From: Candidatus Limnocylindrales bacterium
GTDB lineage: Bacteria > Chloroflexota > Limnocylindria > Limnocylindrales > CSP1-4
Length of the DNA: 64,000 nt
Direction: 5' to 3'
Assembly: GCA_038234575.1 (NCBI GenBank)
Contig: JBBQTO010000001.1
Location: forward strand, 724 to 64,723
The notes under the pieces were generated by a model. The model saw nothing but the letters and a program-made list of their open reading frames with translations, searched no databases and had not been told where the DNA came from. The position numbers were made by a program, and so were the translations under genes. Each line of letters starts with the position of its first letter. Position 1 is the first letter of the stretch. This document shows positions 1 through 9,288 of the stretch, one piece after another.

Positions 1-117
1 GAGCCCTGCGAGACTATAGCCCGCCCGTCGGCGATACCGCCCGTCCGCATGTACCGCCTCGCTGTCGCCATGGGTACCCCGGCGGTCCGATCGGGTGCCT
101 CTGCTAGGCTCCCGGCC

Positions 118-861
118 ATGCGATCGATGTCCCGCGTCGAACGCTTCTTCGAGCGCCTCGTCGAACGCCCCACCGCTCGCCTGTTCCGAACTCGGCTCCA
201 GCCGATCCAGGTCCTGCGCCGGATCGAGCGCGCGATGGAGAGCGGTCGCGGCGACGGCGACCATCGAAACGAGGCTCCGGATCGCTTCACGGTGTTCGTA
301 AATCCTGAGGATCTCGCAGCCCTGACCCCGCTCGACGCGGTGGCAGCGGATCTCGCGTCGGATGCACTGTCGTTCGCCCGGTCCCACCGCCTGGAGCTGC
401 GCGGGAAGCCGCGCGTCGCCTTCCACCCGGATGCGGCAATTCCACGCGGCGAGGTCGAGGTCGAGGCACGCCTCTCGTCGGCGTCGAAGTCCGACTTGGC
501 GCGCGAGATCCCGACCGACACGAGCGTCTTCCAGGTGCCCGTCGTCCGAGCGGTATCGGCCGTCCTCGAGGTTCGCGAGCCGAATCAGCCGCCGAGGACG
601 GTGGCGGTCAGCGCCCGGCCCCTTCGGATCGGCCGTGCCTCGGACTCCGATCTCGTCCTCCGCGACGGCCGCGTCTCTCGCCAGCACGCACGGTTGCACG
701 GTCGAGACGGCGTGCTCGTGCTTACCGACCTCGCATCCTACAATGGCACGCGTGTGAACGGCCAGCGAATCCGGGAGGTCGTGCTCGGCGCCGGCGACCA
801 GATTGGGATGGGCGACACGGTTCTCGTTCTCGGGTCAACGCCAGGCGCGGCCGTCTCCTAG
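118..861 (+). CDS. fhaA: FhaA-like protein: N-terminal DUF3662-like region plus C-terminal FHA domain
   Basis: ORF 49..861. The N-terminus MSRVERFFERLVERPTARLF is typical of the FhaA N-terminus. The C-terminal FHA signature is GRASDSDLVL..VSRQHARL..LTDLASYNGTRVNGQRI. ATG at 118 or 127 is more plausible than the ORF-track start at 49. Stop TAG at 859-861 is 3 bp before the next gene. Confidence 0.75.
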   Translation: MRSMSRVERFFERLVERPTARLFRTRLQPIQVLRRIERAMESGRGDGDHRNEAPDRFTVFVNPEDLAALTPLDAVAADLASDALSFARSHRLELRGKPRVAFHPDAAIPRGEVEVEARLSSASKSDLAREIPTDTSVFQVPVVRAVSAVLEVREPNQPPRTVAVSARPLRIGRASDSDLVLRDGRVSRQHARLHGRDGVLVLTDLASYNGTRVNGQRIREVVLGAGDQIGMGDTVLVLGSTPGAAVS

Positions 862-864
862 CGG

Positions 865-1302
865 ATGGATCCTGCGCTTCTCGCCATCTGGGTCTTGCGC
901 CTGCTGTTCCTCGGCCTGCTGTACCTGTTCCTTGCGGCGGTCGTCCGGGTGTTGCTGCGCGACCTGCGGGCGGCGGCACGTGAACCGGACACCGAGCTCG
1001 GCCGGCTGACGGTTGTGGCCTCGCCGAGTGGCGACCCGACCGTGGGTACCTCGTTCGGGCTCGATGCGGTCGCGACGCTTGGGCGCGACGTGAACAACGC
1101 GATCGTCCTGGAGGACGACTTCGTTTCCACGACGCACGCGACGCTGACCTACCGCGGGAGGACCTGGTATGTCGAGGACGCCGGGTCGACGAACGGAACG
1201 TTCGTGAACGGCAGCGCGGTGGATGGCCTCGCGCCGATCGCCTTCGGTGATGAGCTCCAGCTGGGCCAGGTGCGCCTGCGGCTGGATCGGGCGCAGCGAT
1301 GA
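865..1302 (+). CDS. fhaB: FhaB/FipA-like small membrane-anchored FHA-domain protein
   Basis: N-terminal TM helix (LLAIWVLRLLFLGLLYLFLAAVV) followed by an FHA domain (LGRDVNNAIVLEDDFVSTTHATLTYRG..WYVEDAGSTNGTFVNG). The stop overlaps the rodA start (ATGA at 1299-1302). Confidence 0.7.
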   Translation: MDPALLAIWVLRLLFLGLLYLFLAAVVRVLLRDLRAAAREPDTELGRLTVVASPSGDPTVGTSFGLDAVATLGRDVNNAIVLEDDFVSTTHATLTYRGRTWYVEDAGSTNGTFVNGSAVDGLAPIAFGDELQLGQVRLRLDRAQR

Positions 1303-2765
1303 CGTCGGGGCAGGTTGCCGTTCGGCGCAGGGCGGGGGAGCGCGCGCTCGGCTCGATCCTCGCTGGCGTGCGGCCGCGCTTCCGGCGCCGCGAGCTGGGC
1401 CTCCTCGCGTTTGTTGCGCTCGCCCTGTACGTCGGAAGCGTGTCGCTCGGCGCCACCCAGCGCCTGGCCGCGGCCAGACTGGCCGGCGACACCAGTCACG
1501 TGGACATGCTCTTGCCGGCGAACGCGGGAATCCTCGCTGCCTACCTCGGTGCGCTTGTGGCCGCGCATCTCGTGCTCGCGATCGCCGGCCGGCGGACCGA
1601 CCAGATCCTGCTTCCCACGATCGGATTGCTGGGAGGGATCGGGCTGCTGCTCATGGAGCGGTTGCCGCAGAACCTCGCCGGGAGTCTCGGCGGTCTCGCG
1701 CAGACCCAGCTGGTGTGGCTCCTCGTGGGCGTCACGATCATGACGGGCCTCGCCATCACCGTCCGGAACGACGCCTGGCTCCGGCGCTACAAGTACACAT
1801 GGGCCGCCGTCGGGGTGGGCCTCCTGCTTGTGACCTTCGTCTTCGGCCGCGACATCAACGGCCAGCGGCTGAACCTCCAGATCGGCCCGTTGACGGGTCA
1901 GCCGTCGGAGCTCCTCAAGGTCATCCTGGTGATCTTCCTCGCCGGCTACCTGTCGGAGAACCGGCCGCTGCTCGTCGAGGAGTCGACGCGGCTGGGGCCG
2001 TTTCGGCTGCCGCCTCTGCCGTACCTGGCGCCGATGGTGGCGATGTGGGCCGTGGCCCTCGGCATCGTCGTGATCGAGCGCGATCTCGGCGCCGCCTTGC
2101 TGTTCTTCCTCGTGTTCCTGCTCCTGCTGTACGTGGCGACCGCCCGGGCGAGCTACGTCCTCCTTGGGGCTGTGGCGGCCGGTGTTGGGGGTGTCGCGGT
2201 GTACGAGCTGCTCGGCTACGTTCGGACGCGAGTCGACGTCTGGCTGAACCCGTTCGCGGACCCCCTTGGCGCCGGCTACCAGATCGTCCAGGCGCTCCAC
2301 GCGTTTGCCAGGGGCGGGCTCCTGGGGACTGGGCTCGGCAATGGCCTGCCGACGATCGCGGGCCGCCCGCCGATCCCGGCCCTGCATACCGACTTTCCGT
2401 TTGCGGCCCTCGGCGAGGAGCTCGGCCTCGTCGGCATCCTGGCGATCCTCGGACTGTACCTCGTGGTCATCGAACGGGGCCTGCGGATCGCGGCCTCGGC
2501 GCCGGACGAGTTCCGGGCGCTCCTCGCGGCGGGCCTGTCGCTCGTCGTCGGGGTCCAGGCCTTCATCATCGCGGCCGGGAACCTGAAGCTGGTCCCGCTC
2601 ACCGGGATCACGCTGCCGTTCATCAGCTACGGCGGATCGTCGCTCCTTGCGAACGCGGTGGTCGTGGGCCTCCTGATCGCCCTGTCCGACCGGGGCGCGG
2701 AGGCAGCGCCGCCGGTGCCTCGCCGCAATCGCCTTCGCCGGCTCCTCGATCGGGGGGCGGCGTGA
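1299..2765 (+). CDS. rodA: SEDS-family peptidoglycan glycosyltransferase (RodA/FtsW)
   Basis: Polytopic membrane protein with the SEDS hallmark C-terminal region LPLTGITLPFISYGGSSLLAN and ..ALHTDFPFAALGEELG. The rodA symbol is by synteny (after fhaA-fhaB, before a class B PBP). ATGA overlap with fhaB. Confidence 0.8.
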   Translation: MTSGQVAVRRRAGERALGSILAGVRPRFRRRELGLLAFVALALYVGSVSLGATQRLAAARLAGDTSHVDMLLPANAGILAAYLGALVAAHLVLAIAGRRTDQILLPTIGLLGGIGLLLMERLPQNLAGSLGGLAQTQLVWLLVGVTIMTGLAITVRNDAWLRRYKYTWAAVGVGLLLVTFVFGRDINGQRLNLQIGPLTGQPSELLKVILVIFLAGYLSENRPLLVEESTRLGPFRLPPLPYLAPMVAMWAVALGIVVIERDLGAALLFFLVFLLLLYVATARASYVLLGAVAAGVGGVAVYELLGYVRTRVDVWLNPFADPLGAGYQIVQALHAFARGGLLGTGLGNGLPTIAGRPPIPALHTDFPFAALGEELGLVGILAILGLYLVVIERGLRIAASAPDEFRALLAAGLSLVVGVQAFIIAAGNLKLVPLTGITLPFISYGGSSLLANAVVVGLLIALSDRGAEAAPPVPRRNRLRRLLDRGAA

Positions 2766-4297
2766 CGAGCCGCCGGACGAGCGGCGAGGTGAGCGCCGGC
2801 CGGGTGGGGTCGGAGCGGCGCGTCGGGATCGGCGTCGCGCTCGGGCGAGTCGGACTCTCGCTGGCGGTCGCATTCGGTGCGCTCGCTGCAGGGGCAGGTT
2901 ACTGGCAGGTGGTCCGCTCGGCCGATCTCAGTCGGGCTCCCGACGATGCCGCCGTCGTCGCGGCGACACGCCACATCCTGCGTGGCGTGATCACTGACCG
3001 TGACGGCAGTCGCCTCGCGTGGAACGTCCGTGACAAGAACGGCGAGCCGTACCGCGTGTATGCCTCTCCGGCCTTGGCAGGCGTGATCGGCTATGCGTCC
3101 CGGCAGTGGGGCACCACGGGGCTCGAGCGAGCGTGGGACCCGCAACTCAGTGGCACGGCCTCCGCCGATCCGCTGTACGACCTGACCCGGAAGTTCCGCT
3201 CCGATCCGGCCGATCCCCAGGCCCTCAAGACCACGCTCGTCTTGCAGCTGCAGGAGGCCGCGGTTCGGCTGCTTGGCAAGAACCGTGGCGCGGTCGTGAT
3301 GCTCGACCCGCGGACCGGCGACACCCTTGCCCTCGCGTCAACGCCGACGTTCGACGCGTCGGCGATCGCCAACCCCGGGACCTCGAACGCGGCGTTCACG
3401 AAGCTCCAGGCGGATCCGGCGCTGCCATTGCTGCCGCGCGCGACGCAGGGCCGCTACGTCCCGGGCTCGATCTTCAAGATCGTCACGGCCACCGCGGCCC
3501 TTGGGAGTGGCGCGGTCAGCACGACGACGAGCTTTCCTCAGCAACCGGCCGCGGAGAGGTCCGGGTTGCTCGTTGACGGCTTCCGGATCCGCGACGGCCA
3601 TCACGTGTTCACCGGGTCGAGAGCGCTCCAGTTCCCGGAGGCCGTCGAGGTCTCCTGCAACATCTGGTTCGCGCTCGCGGGCCTGAAGACCGGCGGCGCC
3701 GAGCTCGCCTCCTGGGCGGCGAGGTACGGCTTCGGTGAATCGATCCCATTCGATCTGCCGACGGCGGCCTCGCAGGTGACCGGCGGGGGCGGCAGCGCCG
3801 GTGGTGGGTTCGCGGATCGCGTCGAGCTGGCCAACGCGGCCTACGGCCAGGCCGAAACCCTGACGACGCCGCTCCAGATGGCGCTCGTCGCGGCCGGCGT
3901 CGCAAACCACGGCCTCCTCATGAAGCCCCATCTCGTCCTGTCAGCGACCGGCAAGCGAGGCACGACGACGATCGATCCGTCAGTCTGGCAGCAGGTCATG
4001 CCTTCGGATGTTGCCGGCCAGATCTCCTCCGCGATGCAGCAGGCCGTGAACGGCCAGGAAGGTCGGATCTTCACGGCCGGCGCGCGCCTGGCGTCGATGA
4101 TCGTCGCCGGCAAGTCCGGCACCGCGGAGCTCGATCCCGGGACGCGGCCGCACTCCTGGTTCATCGGGTTCGCCCCGGCCGACAGTCCGCAGGTCGCGAT
4201 CGCGGTGCTCGTGGAGAACTCCGGCGGCGCGACCGTGAAGGCGTCACCGATCGCCGGCGACCTGTTCCGAGCCTGGCGAGCATGGGCGAAGCCATGA
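2762..4297 (+). CDS. pbpA: Class B penicillin-binding protein (transpeptidase), PbpA-like
   Basis: GTG at 2762 overlaps the rodA stop (GTGA). N-terminal TM. Transpeptidase motifs are present: SxxK (GSIFKIV), SxN (VSCNIWF) and KTG/KSG (GKSGTAE). The ORF-track entry 1223..4297 is a spurious 5' extension in the same frame. Confidence 0.8.
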   Translation: MTSRRTSGEVSAGRVGSERRVGIGVALGRVGLSLAVAFGALAAGAGYWQVVRSADLSRAPDDAAVVAATRHILRGVITDRDGSRLAWNVRDKNGEPYRVYASPALAGVIGYASRQWGTTGLERAWDPQLSGTASADPLYDLTRKFRSDPADPQALKTTLVLQLQEAAVRLLGKNRGAVVMLDPRTGDTLALASTPTFDASAIANPGTSNAAFTKLQADPALPLLPRATQGRYVPGSIFKIVTATAALGSGAVSTTTSFPQQPAAERSGLLVDGFRIRDGHHVFTGSRALQFPEAVEVSCNIWFALAGLKTGGAELASWAARYGFGESIPFDLPTAASQVTGGGGSAGGGFADRVELANAAYGQAETLTTPLQMALVAAGVANHGLLMKPHLVLSATGKRGTTTIDPSVWQQVMPSDVAGQISSAMQQAVNGQEGRIFTAGARLASMIVAGKSGTAELDPGTRPHSWFIGFAPADSPQVAIAVLVENSGGATVKASPIAGDLFRAWRAWAKP

Positions 4298-4500
4298 ACG
4301 ACGCTGAACCACCGCAGGATCCGCCGCGGCCGCTCGTGGAGCGGCTCGGGCTCGGCCTGATTGCCCTCGTGGTGGCAGCGCTGTTCGGCGCGATGAGCGC
4401 CGCAGCGTGGGTTGGCGGTGAGGCGTTTCTCGCGATCATGGCCGGGATCGGGCTGCTCATGACGCTCTGGGCTGCCGCGACGACCGTCTTTCGGGCGTAA
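4282..4500 (+). CDS. Hypothetical small membrane protein (72 aa)
   Basis: ORF with two predicted hydrophobic helices (LGLIALVVAALFGAMSAAAW, LAIMAGIGLLMTLWAAATTV). It overlaps the pbpA 3' end by 16 bp. No recognisable family; may not be expressed. Confidence 0.25.
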   Translation: MGEAMNDAEPPQDPPRPLVERLGLGLIALVVAALFGAMSAAAWVGGEAFLAIMAGIGLLMTLWAAATTVFRA

Positions 4501-4619
4501 GAGAGCCCTCGCGAGCGTCGCGGCTGGAACCTTCCGGGCGTCTCCGACGTACCATCCCTTGACGCCACCGAGCTTCGGTCCCGGTCGATCTCGCCGAGGA
4601 CCATCCGAGGGGAGCCCAC

Positions 4620-5624
4620 ATGACCACCATCCAGCAGACCGGCGACCGCGTCCTGGCGAACGTCGAGCGCGTGATCGTCGGCAAGCACAACGAGGTGCGG
4701 TTCGCCCTCGTTGCCCTGATGTGCCGCGGCCATCTCCTCATCGAGGACGTGCCCGGGACCGGCAAGACCGTCCTTGCCAAGGCCATCGCGAAGAGCCTGG
4801 GCTGCACGTTCCGGCGGATCCAGTTCACCCCGGACCTCCTGCCGTCGGACGTGACGGGCCTCTCGATTTACAACCAGAAGACCCAGGAGTTCGAGTTCCG
4901 GCCCGGCCCGATCATGAGCCAGGTGGTCCTCGCGGACGAGATCAACCGGGCGACTCCGAAGACTCAGTCCTCGCTGCTCGAGTGCATGGAGGAGCGGCAG
5001 GCGACGGTCGATGGCACCACTTGGGCGATGCCCGACCCGTTCCTCGTCATCGCGACCCAGAACCCGATTGAGTACGAAGGCACGTTCGCCCTACCCGAGG
5101 CCCAGCTCGACCGGTTCATGCTCCGGATCCGCCTCGGCTACCCCCAGCCGGGGGAGGAGATCGTGATCCTCGACGAGCAGAAGCGGACCCATCCGATCGA
5201 CCAGCTCGAGGTCGTCTGCTCGGTCGATGACCTGCGGGAGATGCAGGCGTCGGTCCGCGAGATCTACGTGGACCCGTCGGTCTCCGATTACATCGTCCGG
5301 CTCGTGAACGGCACTCGCAACCACCCCGACGTGTACCTCGGCGCGTCCCCCAGGGGCTCGATCGCGCTCTATCGCGCCGGCCAGGCGCTTGCTGGCCTGC
5401 TGGGCCGCGACTACGTCATTCCGGACGACATCAAGGCCCTCGCCGAGGCTGCTTTGGCCCATCGGTTGATCATCAAGACGAGCTCGTCGATCCACGACGT
5501 CCTGCCCGGCCAGATCGTCCACGAGCTGCTCGAAACCACGCCGGTCGGTGCGGCGATCACCGCCGCGGCTCCGAGCGGGGGTCCGCGACAGGTGACTGCC
5601 CAACCCGTGGCCCGCGAGTCCTGA
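4620..5624 (+). CDS. MoxR-family AAA+ ATPase (AAA_3)
   Basis: Walker A GTGKT, Walker [11 protein letters not shown], and the conserved MoxR blocks [40 protein letters not shown]. Length about 334 aa is typical of MoxR. Confidence 0.9.
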   Translation: MTTIQQTGDRVLANVERVIVGKHNEVRFALVALMCRGHLLIEDVPGTGKTVLAKAIAKSLGCTFRRIQFTPDLLPSDVTGLSIYNQKTQEFEFRPGPIMSQVVLADEINRATPKTQSSLLECMEERQATVDGTTWAMPDPFLVIATQNPIEYEGTFALPEAQLDRFMLRIRLGYPQPGEEIVILDEQKRTHPIDQLEVVCSVDDLREMQASVREIYVDPSVSDYIVRLVNGTRNHPDVYLGASPRGSIALYRAGQALAGLLGRDYVIPDDIKALAEAALAHRLIIKTSSSIHDVLPGQIVHELLETTPVGAAITAAAPSGGPRQVTAQPVARES

Positions 5625-5659
5625 TCGGCTAGCCCCAACCCAGCGAAGCGGGAGCAAGC

Positions 5660-6919
5660 GTGTTCCGTCGGCTGCAGCTCCTCGTCCTCGGCGCGATCCT
5701 GGTCGTCGCCGCGTTCTCGACGGGCCAGGATTTCCTGTTCTACCTCGTCTACCTCGGCGTCATCGTCGTCGGCGGGTCGTACGTCCTCACGCGCCTCGGG
5801 CTGTCCGACCTCGAGGCTGGCTACGCCGTCAACCAGCTCTCCGGCCACGTTGGTGAGTCGCTCCGCGTGACCTACACGCTCCGGAACACGAGCCGGGTCC
5901 CGAAGCCGTGGTTGGAGATCCATAATCCGACCTCACTGCCCGCGGGGCTACCGGGCCGGGCGATCTCCCTCGGCCCGAGAACGGAGCGCTCGTGGCTCAT
6001 CCGAACGCCACTCACGCGCCGGGGCCACTTCCGCGTCGAGCCGCTCCAGATTCGGACCGGCGATCCCTTTGGCTTCTTCGAGTCGTCCGCGTCCGTCGGC
6101 ACCGGGGTGAACGTCGTCGTCTACCCGCGCATCGAGCCGCTGCCCCAGTGGCGCCTCCCCGCCGCGAACCTCGACGGCAGCCATGCGATGCGCGAACGGA
6201 CGCTCCAGACCACGCCACTCGCGACGACGGTTCGACCGTGGGCGCCGGGCGACGCGTTCAACCGGATCCACTGGAAGGCGACCGCCCGCCACGGCGACAT
6301 CCACGTGAAGGAGTTCGACCTCGAGCAGACGGCCGATGCGTGGATCGTCCTCGATCTCGAGCGCGCCGCCCAGGCCGGGAGCGGCGACGAGTCGACGGTG
6401 GAATCGGCGGTCAGGGTCGCGGCCGCCATCGCCGACAAGGCCCTCCTCGAAAACCGCGCGGTCGGGATCACGATCGGCGCCCATCGCCTGGCCCAGCTCC
6501 AGCCGGACCGCGGCGGCCGCCAGCACCTGAAGGTCATGCAGCTGCTCGCCGCGGTCGACGGCGACGGCACGAACCCGCTGTCGCAGACCCTGATCGCGAG
6601 CGTCCCCCGGATCCGTCGGGGCATGACCGCCGTCGTCATCACCGCGTCCCACGACCGGGCCTGGGTGAAGCCGCTGTCCACGCTGCGGTCGCGCGGCGTT
6701 GCCTGCGTGGTCATTTCGTTCGACATCGACGCCTACGACCGCTACTCGCGCGACGCGGACCTCCGCCGCCTCGGCCTGCCACCCGAGGCCGAGGATCCGA
6801 CCGTCGAAGCGAGCCGGAAGCAGCAAGCGCGGGCCCTCCGGCACGCGCTGGCCGAGTTCGACATCGAACTGCATACAGTCACGCCGGCCCGTTCGCTCGG
6901 CGAGATGCTGGTCTCGTGA
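5660..6919 (+). CDS. DUF58 domain protein (MoxR-associated, vWA-like)
   Basis: N-terminal TM helices and the DUF58 signature ..FNRIHWKATARHGDIHVKEFDLEQTADAWIVLDLE. Position immediately after MoxR is canonical. The stop overlaps the downstream GTG (GTGA at 6916-6919). Confidence 0.8.
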   Translation: MFRRLQLLVLGAILVVAAFSTGQDFLFYLVYLGVIVVGGSYVLTRLGLSDLEAGYAVNQLSGHVGESLRVTYTLRNTSRVPKPWLEIHNPTSLPAGLPGRAISLGPRTERSWLIRTPLTRRGHFRVEPLQIRTGDPFGFFESSASVGTGVNVVVYPRIEPLPQWRLPAANLDGSHAMRERTLQTTPLATTVRPWAPGDAFNRIHWKATARHGDIHVKEFDLEQTADAWIVLDLERAAQAGSGDESTVESAVRVAAAIADKALLENRAVGITIGAHRLAQLQPDRGGRQHLKVMQLLAAVDGDGTNPLSQTLIASVPRIRRGMTAVVITASHDRAWVKPLSTLRSRGVACVVISFDIDAYDRYSRDADLRRLGLPPEAEDPTVEASRKQQARALRHALAEFDIELHTVTPARSLGEMLVS

Positions 6920-9261
6920 GCACGCCCGCATCTCCGGTCGCGCGCACCTTCGAGCTCCCGTCGCTCAGGCGCCGCCCGTCGCTGCGACCGGCCGAGGGCT
7001 GGCTCGAGGTCGCGATGGTCGCCCTCCTGGCGGCAACGTTCGCGCTCTCGCTCAACGATGCCGGCTGGGTGCCGGAGTCGGAGGGTTCGACCGGCTATCT
7101 CGTCTGGGTCGCGGTCGCGGCCGTGCTGTTCGGGCTTCTCGCCGCAAAGGCCGGCCTCGGACGCTGGCGGACCTACCTCGTCGGGGCGGTCATCGCCGGG
7201 TTGCTGCTGCCGTTCATCGCCGGCGGGGTTGCGCTCGGGCCCGCGGCCGGTGGGCTCGACCTGGCCTCGATCGCGCTCCGGTACCGCGCGGCCGGCGATG
7301 TCGCCTTCCAGGTGTGGGCCGACCTCGTGCGTGACGGCCGGCCCTTCACCGATCAGTTCGCCCACTACCACATGGTTTTCGCGGCCCTCGTCTGGGCCGC
7401 CGGCCAGGTCGCCGCCGCCGCGGTCTTCGCCCGCCACCGCCCGCTCGATGCCGTCGTCGTCGTCGGGCTCCTCACGCTCACGAACATGGCGGTCACCGAG
7501 CGTGGCCAGCTCCACATCCTGGTCCTCTTCAGCGTGGCGGCGCTCATCCTGCTCATCCGGGCCCACAGCTTCGAGGAACAGGTCACCTGGGCGCGCCGCC
7601 GGATCGGCGATCCTGCCGCCGTTTCGGCCATGTACCTGCGGGGCGGCGGATCCTTCATCGCCGCGGCCGTGATCGGCGCGCTCTTCCTCACGGGAACCGC
7701 GTCTTCGGCGCCTCTCCAGGGTCTCTGGGCCGACGTTCCCCAGAAGCTCGTCGGCTTCTCGCAGTGGCTCCAGCGCTACGCCCCGACGGGCGGCGAGCCC
7801 CGACCGCTGGGCGTGGTCGGGTTCGGCTCGAGCGCGACGACCCAGGGCCTCTGGCAGCCCTCCGACAAGGTGGCCTTCACCGCCAAGGTCGCGCCGACCG
7901 AGGTGGGCCAATTCAAGTGGCGTGCCGGCACGTATGCGGTCTACGACGGCATCGCGCGCTGGAGCTGGGGCGACTCGGGCACGATCCGGCGCGATGCGGA
8001 CTCATCGCTGCTGAAGGGAACCGGCGACGACCCCGCGCTGGAGGGCGGGCTACGCGAGTTTCGGGCGACGATCACGCCGGGCGCCTACGACGGTTCGATT
8101 CTCAGCCCGCAGACGATCGAGCGGGTCGACAGGGCATCGATCGTCCGTCTCGATGGCAACCGCTACACGACGGTCGAGTCGGGCGGCGGCTCGGGGTCGT
8201 ACACCATTACAGCGCTCGTCCCCGTCCTCGGCGGTCAGGATGGCCTGACCCAGAACCGGCTGCGAAGCGCCGGGACGAGCTACCCGGACGACATCAGCCG
8301 GAACTATCTGTCGTTCCCCGCCAGCGCCGTCGGCCCCAATGCTCGCGCGATCCTGGCCGACGTCCGGCAAATTGCGGCAGGGGGACCCGGGCCGAAGGGC
8401 AATGCCTACGATCTCGCGTTCGCGCTCCAGGAATACCTGCGGTCCGGCCGGTTCACCTACAGCGCCGATGTCCGCGACGCCGCGCGCGCCCAGTGCTCCG
8501 GTCTGTCGACCGTGGAGTGCTTCGCGACGATCCGGCAGGGCTACTGCGAGTACTACGCGGCGGAGATGGCGGTGCTCCTCCGAGCGGCCTCGATCCCGAC
8601 GCGGATCGCCTACGGCTTCCTGCCGACCGGACCAACCGATGGCGGGACCGAGACGGTCATGGCCGCTTCGGCCCACTGGTGGGTCGAGGTCTACTTCCCG
8701 AAGTACGGCTGGGTCGAGTTCGACCCGACGGGCAGTGTCGGCCAACCCCAGCTCATCCCGTCCGGCGGACCCGAGACGCCGCGGCCCAGCTCGCTCTTCA
8801 GCCCGGGCGTCGGCGAGCGGGCGACCGACCCGCTGGCCCGCAACTCGGGACGGCCGACCGTGACGCCGGGCACGACTACGGGAACCGGCTCAGGGCCCTT
8901 CATCGCGATCGCCATCCTCCTCGTGATCGCGATCGGGGCGCTTGCCCTTGCTGCGCGACGCCGGGCGCCCCGAAAGCCGATGCATCCCGACCAGGCCTGG
9001 GGATCGCTCGGCCGCCTCGCGGCGCGATTCGGCTTCGGCCCGCGGCCCACGCAGACGGTCTACGAATATGCCGGGATGCTGGGCGACGCCGTGCCCACGG
9101 TCCGGGCAGAGCTCTCGACAGTGGCGCGGGCAAAGGTCGAGGTGGCCTATGGCCGACAGGAGCTCGGCGTGGAGCGGCTGCGCTCGATCGGCGAGGCCTA
9201 CCGTCGCCTGCGATTCGCTGTCCTGCGGCTCGGAATCCGGCGGTTCAGCCGGCGGCGCTGA
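6916..9261 (+). CDS. Transglutaminase-like membrane protein (DUF3488-TGase core-DUF4129 architecture)
   Basis: GTG at 6916 is in frame with ORF 5992..9261, whose upstream part is a spurious extension across DUF58. Several N-terminal TM helices. TGase Cys-His-Asp core: QGYCEYYAAEMAVLLR..HWWVEVYFPKYGWVEFDPT. C-terminal TM helix (FIAIAILLVIAIGALAL). Confidence 0.8.
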   Translation: MSTPASPVARTFELPSLRRRPSLRPAEGWLEVAMVALLAATFALSLNDAGWVPESEGSTGYLVWVAVAAVLFGLLAAKAGLGRWRTYLVGAVIAGLLLPFIAGGVALGPAAGGLDLASIALRYRAAGDVAFQVWADLVRDGRPFTDQFAHYHMVFAALVWAAGQVAAAAVFARHRPLDAVVVVGLLTLTNMAVTERGQLHILVLFSVAALILLIRAHSFEEQVTWARRRIGDPAAVSAMYLRGGGSFIAAAVIGALFLTGTASSAPLQGLWADVPQKLVGFSQWLQRYAPTGGEPRPLGVVGFGSSATTQGLWQPSDKVAFTAKVAPTEVGQFKWRAGTYAVYDGIARWSWGDSGTIRRDADSSLLKGTGDDPALEGGLREFRATITPGAYDGSILSPQTIERVDRASIVRLDGNRYTTVESGGGSGSYTITALVPVLGGQDGLTQNRLRSAGTSYPDDISRNYLSFPASAVGPNARAILADVRQIAAGGPGPKGNAYDLAFALQEYLRSGRFTYSADVRDAARAQCSGLSTVECFATIRQGYCEYYAAEMAVLLRAASIPTRIAYGFLPTGPTDGGTETVMAASAHWWVEVYFPKYGWVEFDPTGSVGQPQLIPSGGPETPRPSSLFSPGVGERATDPLARNSGRPTVTPGTTTGTGSGPFIAIAILLVIAIGALALAARRRAPRKPMHPDQAWGSLGRLAARFGFGPRPTQTVYEYAGMLGDAVPTVRAELSTVARAKVEVAYGRQELGVERLRSIGEAYRRLRFAVLRLGIRRFSRRR

Positions 9262-9288
9262 GGCTCCCAGTCGGATGGACGCTCCGAG

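Noticed and set aside
1149-2873. 574-aa minus-strand ORF antisense to rodA
   Set aside because: Antisense to a gene with strong SEDS homology. Arg/Asp/Glu-rich low-complexity translation (..RRRGRDPQAPFDDHEVQSEDRQDADEAELL..), typical of spurious ORFs in >70% GC DNA.
5992-9261. 1089-aa plus-strand ORF spanning DUF58 and the transglutaminase
   Set aside because: The first about 308 codons overlap the DUF58 gene in another frame and are low-complexity (RRR.., PRR..). The real gene starts at GTG 6916. Likewise 1223..4297, 20616..23099, 24766..27177, 40706..42112, 47009..48568, 50902..52428, 52179..54086, 55081..56439 and 56276..58075 are in-frame upstream over-extensions of real genes.
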